Shown one piece after another: positions 54,729-64,000 of a DNA stretch of 64,000 nt (the stretch's first letter is position 1; every line of letters begins with the position of its first letter). The notes under the pieces are model-generated. The model worked only from the letters and a program-made list of their open reading frames with translations, was not told the DNA's origin and ran no database searches. The stretch spans positions 13,702,001 through 13,766,000 of the forward strand of contig CM114271.1 of the NCBI GenBank assembly GCA_050084515.1, in the 5' to 3' direction. The DNA is from Blasia pusilla. Lineage: Eukaryota. Position numbers and translations under genes: made by a program.

Positions 54729-56507
54729 ATGGCATCGTCCTCTCCCTCTAGTGTGCCAGTGGAGGAGACTTGGGAGCCATTACTTGGGCCCAAGCTTACG
54801 GGAGGTGAGAAACGACGCTTGACACAGTTCCTACGTGCTTATAGGAGTTGTTTTGCCTTTACCATGAAGGAGTTGGGTTCTCTGGTTGGACCGAGTATAC
54901 GGATTGATTTGGCTAGTGATACGCCAATCTTCTGTCGTCCCTACCGATATAGTGATATGGAGAGGGACCTGATTCAGAGTAGGACGTTGGACCTTTTGGA
55001 GGCTGGATTAGTGGAGTTGTCGCATGAAGAGTATGCATTAGCCACTGTCATGCGTGCTAAAAAGGATATGCATGGCAACTACACGAATAGGCGGATGTGT
55101 GGAGATTACCGTCCTATCAATCGGCAAACCAAGGCCGATAGGTATGCCATGCCTATACCTGAGGAGATCTTTGATGTGGTGGGACAGGAAAAGATTTTCA
55201 CTACTTTGGATCTTCGGGCAGGATACCATCAATTGCCGATTCGGGAGAGTGACAAGGCCAAGACAACATTTTGGGGTGTCAACTCTCATGGCAAGGATTG
55301 TTTGTACCAGTGGAAATTCTTATCCTTTGGGTTGAAGAATGCACCTACCGAGTTTCAGAGAGTTATGGACAGGATCCTAGCAGGGTTGGATTTTGTTCGG
55401 TGTTACATTGATGATATCTTGGTGTTTAGTAACACGGTGGAGGAGCATCAGATACATTTGCAGATGGTGTTTGAGCGGTTGAAAGCTCATGGTCTACGTT
55501 TGCATCCAGGAAAGTGTAAGTTCTTCCATGAGGATGTTGAGTACTTGGGTCATGTGATCTATCCAGGTGGTTTAGGAGTTCAGCAAGCAAAGGTGGAGGC
55601 TATTGCACTTATTCCGCGTCCGGTAGATGTGAGTAGAGTTCGGGCATTCATGGGATTGGCGAACTACTATCGGAGGTATGTGAAGGGATTTAGTGCTATG
55701 GCAAAGCCTTTGAACCAATTGCTGAAATCAGATCAAGAGTGGCACTGGGGAGATGATCAGGAGAGAGCTTTTGTGGAGCTTAAGGCCTACTTGGTGGCGG
55801 CGCTAATCTTGAGGAGACCTATTAGAGGGCGCCCATTTTAGTTACACACTGATTAGAGTAGGTTAGGACTTGGAGCCGTGTTGACACAACATGATGATGA
55901 GCACATGGAGTTTGTGGTGGCCTATGCAAGTCGTTCGAATAATGCAGCGGAGTCGCGCTATAGTTCATATGAGGGAGAGTGCTTAGCAGTAGTGTGGGTT
56001 GTGGCACACTTTAGGTGTTACTTGTTTGGCACACAGTTTACCCTTGTTTCTGATCACCAGCCGCTCAAGTGGTTGATGGAGTCTGACAAGGTTACAGGGA
56101 AGCTTGCACGGTGGGCTCTTATCTTACAGGAGTATGACTTCCAAGTGGTACATAGACCTGGAGTTGGCAACCTTGATGCTGATGGGTTGAGTAGGAACCC
56201 ATGTACTAGCCAAGAGGATACAACTGGGGCTAGATGGCATGGCGAGGTTGATGAGGAGATGGTGCCAGGTTGGCATGCATCCGCCTTTTTATGTTGGTTA
56301 GGGGTGGACTCTAGTATGGAGGATCACATGATATCTTACTCTAGTGAGAGAGTAGATGGCCAGCCTTCAGATCCTAAGGTTGGAAATGGTGGTACGGATC
56401 AGCGTGATATTCATTATGATGCGTTGGTGTTGGAGTTCCTACGGACCAGTAGGGTGCCAGGCATAGTGAGTGCCAAGGAGCGAGACCGTGTTCTTCAGCG
56501 TGCTTAG
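54729..56507 (+). pseudogene. Element 2 reverse transcriptase and RNase H
   Basis: RMCGDYRPINRQT, LDLRAGYHQL, FGLKNAP, YIDDILVFS, YLGHVI; RNase H YASRSNN.AE..Y...EGECLA, SDHQPLKWL, ADGLSR. Confidence 0.95.
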
Positions 56508-56540
56508 AGGTATCGATTAGAGGGAACACATACTCTCCAC

Positions 56541-57837
56541 GTGTGGGAGGATGGTAGAGTACGAGTAGTGCCACATTTGGCTCAGAGAGACCGCATTGTG
56601 CGACATGCGCATGAGGAGTTGGGACATTTTTGGGTAAAGCGTAAGTATAGCTTACTCCTTGGCCAGTATTGGTGGCGTGGCATGCATACTCAGGTGCAGC
56701 AATTGGTGTTACATTGTATGGTTTGTGACCAGGTGAGGGCATCATTCAATGCCCCTACACCACAATTACACCCCTTTCCTATTATGGGGTTGGGTTACCG
56801 TTGGAGTGTGGACTTTGCGGGACCGTTACCGTTGACTGTACGACATCATCGATATGTGTTGGTGATGGTGGAGCACTTCTCCAAGTGGATTGAGTTGGTG
56901 GCATTACCGGACAAGGCAAGTGAGGGAACGGCGTATGCGTTTCTTGATAGAGTGCTTAGTCATTTTGGTGCACCGGTGAAGTGTCGACCGACCGAGTCTG
57001 AGTTTCAAGGTGAGTTTCAGGTCTTGTGTGACAAGGCGTTGATTGATCATCGGACCACGTCTCGAGATCATCCAGGCGGATGGTTTGGCTGAGCGTGTGA
57101 TTCAGATGAAGTGAAGAGGGCATTGGGCAAGTATGGCCTCTGAAGGGCATCTTGAGACAGGATATTCAGTTGCCATGGTTAGCCATGGGGTATAGGTTCA
57201 GTCACCAAGCATCCTTGGCTTCCTTCTCACCTTATAATCTGTTATACGGCCGAGATCCAGACTTGCCAGCAGCAATTCGTCGGGAGTCTAGTGAGGTGGT
57301 GAACCTTGATGACCCAGAGATGTGGATGAGAGTGCGTTCTCAGCGGGCAGAGCTCTTTCGGAGAGTTATGCCAACATCCTTTGAGAATCTTGCCATTGCT
57401 CAACACAGGGATACATTGCGGTATGCATTCGGGGTGGAGGTTATCGACCATCGATTCGTAGGTTCCATGTGGGGGACTATGTCTATTTGCAGCAGATTGC
57501 ACCGACAACGTTGGATGTGACGGCAGGCCGTACTATTTTACAAGTGCGAGAGGTGTTAGCTTCTGGAGTTCTCATGTTGGAGGGTCGTGATGGAGTTGTT
57601 TGGAAGGACCATGTGCGTAATTGTGCGTCATGTCATCTTCCAAATGTGGATGGTACTGTTGACCCAAGCTTAGCCATGATCCGTGCTAGCTTGAGGTGCA
57701 TGTTGTGTGGGTCTGCTGGTAACGCTGCTCGTATGTTGGTGTGTGATCGGTGTTCTAGGGGTTGGCACATGATGTGTTTGACTCCACGTATGGATGTTGT
57801 TCCTACAGGAAGGTGGGTTTGTCCTCGATGTACTTAG
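56541..57837 (+). pseudogene. Element 2 DDE integrase with C-terminal PHD finger (57697-57837)
   Basis: AHEELGH...CMVC; WSVDFAGPL; EHFSKWIELV; PHD CMLC..CDRC..HMMC..WVCPRC (C4HC3). Confidence 0.95.
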
Positions 57838-59227
57838 GAGAGGTAGATGACTTGATCTTTGCATGATATGGATTACAGATGTGCGACTAACGATGGGGCA
57901 ACCTAGCACCCGGACTTTTGATTCGAGCACCCAAGAAGGTGTATAGCATGTAGTAGATGTATAGGCCTACCTGGGAGTTAGAGGGACCTAACCGCTTGAT
58001 TAGGGGGCGAGTTGTGGTACACTTGTGTTTGTGGATGCTCTCGTCTATGTTATGTATGTATGTGAGTATGGTATATCAGCGATGTATGTTGTATGACGAT
58101 GTGGATTTGCACGACAGCTGTCATGACCATACGGATTATGTCGTAGATTATAGTGTGCTAGTAGAGGCCATTCCTTATGTAGGACCGTAGTGGCTAGGTA
58201 GAGATGCGGTTTCATTCATAGGGTTGGGGGTTACTCAGTTGGGGGTGACTTTCCCAATAGGCCCGCTCTTAGTTTGGAGGATATAGTGTGGAGACCCAAA
58301 GAACAGTCAGTTCTTTGAGTTGAGCCTCTTGCGTTGGGAGTTAGCCTTTGTAGTGAGTAGAGCTCTTGGCTATGGTGTTTCCCGCAAGCTTCGACCTAGA
58401 TTCTCCCATCGTGGAGTGGGTTTGGCTCGATTGTATGTGATTGTATACGTGTTTTATGACAATAGGTCTTTCACGGATTTTAGTTGTGGTACACTTGTGT
58501 TTGTGGATGCTCTCGTCTATGTTATGTATGTATGTGAGTATGGTATATCAGCGATGTATGTTGTATGACGATGTGGATTCACACGACAGATTATATTTTG
58601 GAAGAAATAAGAGATAATCTACTTATGTCAAAATATTATTGGCTAAGCCTTGAGAGGAAGCCATGTGGCACAAGATAAGATTAGTCATATTTTATATTTT
58701 TGTGGATCCCTTGTGAGTATATAAAGAGGAGGGACCTTCAAGGGTTTATCACCTTCTATTTCATTCTTGAGTTATCGTATCATTCTTGAGTGGATGGCAT
58801 TGGGCTTGCTTGCTCTTCCAATGAGAATGGATTACCCCTCTTGAGAGAATAACTTGACCATGATTTATTCTTTGAGAGGATTTTAGAGTGTGATATGTGT
58901 AGAGTTGAGAGACTTGTTATCTTAGGGAAGTTTAGTCATATTAGAGATAGTGGATGGTTTTGGCTTGTTAGTTTCCCAATGAGAATGGATTACTCCTCTT
59001 GGGAGAGCAACTCCAGCAAAATCCATTCTTAAGGTAAGTAGAGGATGCCCGTCAAGTATGGATAGGGGTGGAGCACGAGTTGTACATGATTTTCCTTTCC
59101 TTAACGCGTAGCACGTGAAGATTCTCCTCGTAGATAGACACTACTTTACTTGTTATCTAGTTTACCACTTTGGAGAGGCATTCATGAACCAGTTCATGCA
59201 GTCTCCAACTCTGGTGATTCTTCCTAT

Positions 59228-59579
59228 TGTCACGTTTGGGAGGACATAGGATTGTAAATTGTATGTTCTTATATAGCAATCCATGGATGTTAATATGCCT
59301 GCTTATATAGGATTTAACACTAGTTGTGTTATTTTTCTTGTCTACAAGCATAAAGTAGTTTACAGGGACTTTATAGTTAGGAGTTTTGGTGTTCGATGTT
59401 ATACAGAGGTGATCTCCTCGGCACTACCATTCGTGATTCTTACCGTGAGAGAATACAGGGTTTATATAATAATTTTGTATTGAAAAAGGGGAACTTCTTA
59501 TAGAGTGCACCTTGCATCAACCCCGTTTTCCGCAGCTAGAAGGTATGCTCTTACTCAAAGAAAATCTCTCGACACGATA
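59228..59579 (+). mobile_element. Isolated LTR (about 352 bp) of the tRNA-primed Gypsy family at the window end, in opposite orientation
   Basis: TGTCACG...GACACGATA; aligns with the reverse complement of 63659-64000. No TSD (CCTAT / ATGTC). Confidence 0.85.
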
Positions 59580-59599
59580 ATGTCTCAAGCACTTGCTGT

Positions 59600-61830
59600 G
59601 AGGGCAAGTCCTCCACCTCCTCACCAACTATCTATAAACGCAAGACACAATATGGAGGCTAGCCTTAACACCTCCATTGGTCCAACTTCCATTGCCGCCA
59701 ACTCCATAGCCAAAAATGAAGGAGTCTGGCTCACTCTAGTGGCCATCTCAAAAACATTGACATTGGCTCCATCCAAGATGGCACAAGAGTCATCTCTCCA
59801 ACCTCTTGTGAGGTCAACGCACCTATCCCACCTATAGGCACCCCTAGTTGTCTAGGCACCATCGATTGTATGTGAAGTGTCTAGAATGTGAAAGATTGTG
59901 GAACCCTTGCCTATCGCCCATCGGTCCCCTACTCTAGATCGATCTCCACACTACCTCTAAATGGTTTGGTCATTCTCATAGCACCGAGTCACCACCGTAG
60001 GAGCCTCTACCTGAGCCGCACTACACATAAATCTCAAGCTCGCATAATCATCCTCCATATCCAGATACAATGTGGAGGTTTGAGCTACATTAGCTACTCT
60101 TGTCTTTGTGCCTATCACTAGAGGCATCATCGTCATGGTAGCAATCCTCTACTCTAATTGATCGGTGCAAGTGCTCGTGGAAGTGAGGATGTTGCATTGG
60201 GTGTATGTCCTCCATCTCCTCTGGCTGGTGATGAAACCCTACCACCACAGTCATCAAATCCTTGATCTCTACCAACTCTCTTGCCCTCAAGCCCTTGGCC
60301 TACCTCTGGACGTAGCTCTCAGCCAATATCAAAACACATATCCCTAATATGACCATATTGGTGATAATGGTCATACCGCAACTATGGTGGGACCATCCTA
60401 GGTGGCTCCTCAACACTTGGAGGCATCCTTGGCCCTCTACCATGTTGTGGTCAGTCCCTTTCCCTATGGGGACCAACAAGCCAAGGTTGGTCCTTAACCT
60501 AACATATCTACACATCAACGACTAGACAACCTTGATATAAATTTGATATGGAATGTGAAATCTAATGAAACTTGCAATTAGCTATGCTTCATCCAAACAT
60601 CCACTCAATGATACACATTGTGGTAACAGTAGGAGAAAGTCTAAAATATACTCTCAATATGTGTGATCTCTGATCAATCCTAGCCCACTCTCCAAGAGAG
60701 AATCTAGGCTCAATACATCCAAGTTGCACTATATTACATATCCCAACATGGATCTGATCCAAGGAAGAGGAGGAGATTTGAATGAGCTTCATCCGAGGTT
60801 TACCCCCTCGGGCACCTCCATGGGTGACTTGTACACATAGGTAACCTCCTCCTAGCAAGTCACTAATAACCTGGAGTACACAAGGTACTAACTCTCTAAC
60901 AACTACACATGCGGTCCTCTCATGAGACCAATCACCAACTAACCCTTAACCTTATAGGCCCAATTAAGTGGCTCCACACAGAGAATGGGAGGGTCAATCT
61001 CTCCAAGGTTGCCACTCCTCATAAAAGAAGGGTGACCTACACTCATAAATTACCTCTTAAGATTAGGTCACACATGACCTCTAAAAATAGGGAAGTACAA
61101 GACCCCTTTAAGTCCTCAATACTATCTTGCCCTACGTCTCATCTACCATGATAACCACCTTTAATGTAGGTTTCGCCGTGTGAAGCAACATTGGATCTTA
61201 AACTCTCCTCCATAGCTTCTGGTCCAAAGCCCTGTACCAATATTGTAGTGAGTGTGCCTTGATCACTCCATATGTGGCAATGATCAATCACTGCTTGTGC
61301 GTGAACGCCTCTCTCAGACTCTCACCCGATCTCCGCTGAAAATCTTGTAGACTCTTCAGTTTGTCAGTCGGCATGCCTTGGTACGTAGCTCCTCCTTAAC
61401 TATCAAAATAACTACACTGTAGGACTAAAATTGGGTGGTACTCTAGCACTAGGGGTCTCTGCCACCTCGCCGCCCTCACTACCATTATCTCCATCTAGTC
61501 TCTAGGCTAATGGTGTAGGCCTCTCGTCTCTCACTATCCCATTCTACGCCTCGCAGCCACTAGTGGATACTTACCTTGGAGCCTAATATATCCTCCAAGC
61601 ATCAATCTCTACCAAGTGTAGAAACCAAAACTCCCTGTAGTCATCCATTGGAGGACCCTCTAAGTGCTGGAGAAAAACCTTCCACAATGTCCAAGGGTTG
61701 AACCACATAGGGACTCGTATCTTTTGGAAGTCGCACCATTTGTCAAAATCTTAGATGAAATCATCTAAGTCAATGTTTCCTACCGCACCTAAGAAACGAC
61801 GTATGTCTTGGTGGCCCATGGCATCCATCT
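59600..61830 (-). mobile_element. Highly degenerate gag/pre-protease relic of the DNMT-PHD Gypsy family
   Basis: RFLGAVGNIDLDDFI.DFDKWCD...WFNPWTLW..FLQHLEGPPMDDYREF (61620-61800) and VFEMAT.....PSFLAMEL (about 59700-59755) match elements 1 and 2. Confidence 0.8.
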
Positions 61831-64000
61831 CCCTCCACTCTCGCCTCTTCTCCTTGTAAGTCAAGCTTTTGTCCAAAAACTTGGCAAAGCTCTTCATCTT
61901 CTTCTTCTGTGATGTCAGTATCCAATGCCCTCACCATCACCATATCTCCAGTCATTTGCCTTTTCCTTTTGATCACATCTATGATCAACTCATGGAAGTC
62001 ACGTTTGGCTATGCCCAAGACTTCCCTCAAAGAAAACTCTATTTTCGCATCCAAAATCCTATCCTCAAGAATCTCTTTTAAATTCGTTCTTGTCTCTATA
62101 TCAAATTGCAACTTGTATGTAGGAGTCTTACACTTGGTCTTCTGGGAAGACCTCAATTCTTTCTCCTTCATTCCACCTTCTTTCATTTGAGAATCCATCA
62201 TAGATTCAGATGTAGAAGGCCCTTCTTCTCTTGATGGTTGCGCCTCTGGTTGCCCTTTCCTTCTTACGGTCCTCGCTCTTCTTGCAGCTTCCTCGAGATC
62301 AGCACCATCATTGTCGCATCTCCTCTTCTCCTCCACACTAGCATCTTGCCAACTCACATGTTTCTCTTGTGCTAGGTATGCTTTAACACATCCAACTTCC
62401 ACTGGATCATCCCATCCAGTCAGATGACGGATAGTCTCTGCCCCTCGTATCATCACTTCTCGAGGAAATTGTAATGATTCACTTTTAGCTACAGATACAA
62501 TAGGCACTTCTATTTTTTCTGCAAAGGTATCAGAATCTAATGCCGTAGTGGCAACTCCTACTTGACTTCTCACTAAGCCTTTCATTCCTCCTCTACCAAA
62601 GTTGGTATTCAACAACATACCAGTCTGCGTTGAATGAATCTTCCCATCTTTGAAGTTTACTATTCCATTCCTAAGAGCTTCTGAAAACTCCTCACATTCT
62701 CGACGTTGATGCTCAACACTATCACACCATATACATTTTCTCACAAAGTTCCTACTTATTGAAGGAGCACCAACACTAGGATTCCTATCAAGTTAAAGCT
62801 CAGCCATTTCTACTCTCAATTCTCTCAAACCTTTCACCAACTCATCTATAGCAGGATCTTCAAGTTTTGTTGAAACGGGCTTAGGCAATGGATTTGAAAT
62901 TGATACCTCCGACTTGAATAGTGCGGTTCTACCTCTACTTCGATTTTGCTTTGTAAGGATAGCAACAGCTTCTTCCACTTTCTTCCAATTAGTGCTAATA
63001 TCTCCTTCTTCGGTCTTGTCCGCCAACATTATGAAAATTTTGTCCTCCAAATTCTCGTCAGCCGCCTCAAGGAATAACTCAGTTTTCCTCAAGTCTAGAG
63101 TTGCTCTTTCGGAAGAAGAAAGCTGAAAAAACCGCTTCTCAAACTCACGCAATAATTCATTTGGAGTCATTCCCTTCCCTGGACGTTGCTTTGTCCATTT
63201 AAAAAACTCCTCTTAGTCACCCGATCCACATCATCATCGAAGAATTCTCTTTTAAGCAACTGCTCATACTCCTCCCACGAGGTTGAATTTTCTGCTCTCA
63301 ACTTCTTCACTTGACTACGAATCTCTTGTATTAGAGCTAACTCAAAACTTGACGCCATATCATCTTCGGGTACACGATTTACCTCCATCTCACAAACGTA
63401 CTCTCGAACATACTTGGTGATGTTTCTCCCATCAAATCTCCCCAATTTCTTTACAATCGCTTGAAGAGCCCTTGTTGATCTTTGCTCTCCTATGTGAACT
63501 CCTCCTTGTTGGCTCAACAATGTTGTCAAAGTTCATAGAAGATCCTCAGCTCCCTCAGTTCCCATTGATGAAGTACTACCAAAAGTAGTCATCTTGATTA
63601 GACTCCAACTTGCAAACACAATCTACCGTCTCAAAGATCTCTCAGTGGAAGCACCATTTGTCGTGTCGAGAGTCTTTCTTCGAGTAAGGGCATGCCTCCT
63701 AGCTGCGGCAGACGCGGTCGATGCAAGATGAACTCTCTGAGAAGATCTCCTTTTTCAATATAAAATTATTATGTATACTCTCCATTCTCTCACGATAGGT
63801 ATCACAAATGGAAGTGCCGAGTCGATCACTTCTTCGTAACATCGGATCCCAAAATTCCTAACTATAAAATCCCTATAAGCTATTTTACGCTTGTATACGA
63901 GGAAGATAGCACAAGTAGTATTAAACCCTACTTGATCCGGCTTATTAATGTCCATGGATTGCTATATAAGGACATATAAAGTACAATCCCATGTCCTTCC
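61830..64000 (-). mobile_element. 5' part of a conventional Gypsy element: LTR (63659 to beyond 64000), tRNA PBS (63639-63656), gag with CIWC...H....C knuckle
   Basis: LTR ends ...CACGACA, then AA, then TGGTGCTTCCACTGAGAG (3'-CCA tRNA complement, resembles tRNA-Thr). Gag: RFDGRNITKYVREY..EME; CIWCDSVEHQRREC; PTYKL..DIE...LKEILEDRILDAKIEFSLREVLGIAK. Confidence 0.88.

Larger units (their letters stand above)
49654..58588 (+). mobile_element. Element 2: full-length (8.9 kb) Ty3/Gypsy retrotransposon with DNMT and PHD domains and split repeats: B1 49654-50007, internal, A1 58010-58116, 2 nt, B2 58119-58481, A2 58482-58588
   Basis: TGTCA...CGACA ends. TSD GATT at 49650-49653 and 58589-58592. A copies are both 107 bp; B copies are 354 and 363 bp. 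Complete domain order. Confidence 0.95.

Noticed and set aside
37625-58588. DIRS/Ngaro (tyrosine recombinase) classification suggested by split repeats plus a methyltransferase
   Set aside because: No YR motifs were seen. An aspartic protease, HHCC-DDE integrase and TSDs are present, and the MTase has C5 (PC/ENV) motifs rather than the adenine-MTase type of DIRS.

Overview
Repeat-rich eukaryotic genomic DNA, most likely from a non-seed land plant (inferred from the gene and retroelement types). A small gene island holds a single-exon F-box gene (17615-18814, -) and a five-coding-exon SEC14/CRAL-TRIO lipid-transfer gene (22979-25758, -). It is surrounded by CACTA, LINE, Copia, Gypsy and hAT-MITE remnants. 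The main discovery is two full-length, diverged Ty3/Gypsy-type retrotransposons (37625-47940 on -, 49654-58588 on +) plus several relics. Both have the order gag - protease - C5 cytosine DNA methyltransferase - RT - RNase H - DDE integrase - PHD finger. Neither has normal LTRs. Each has split/permuted repeats (B - internal - A - 2 nt - B - A), TG...CA outer ends and an exact 4-bp TSD. An internal back-to-back CA-nn-TG att junction lies inside the RT-defined LTR. In place of a tRNA PBS there is a self-complementary (Tf1-like) primer site. This layout is what integration of a two-LTR circle, cut at an att site inside U3, would produce (inference).
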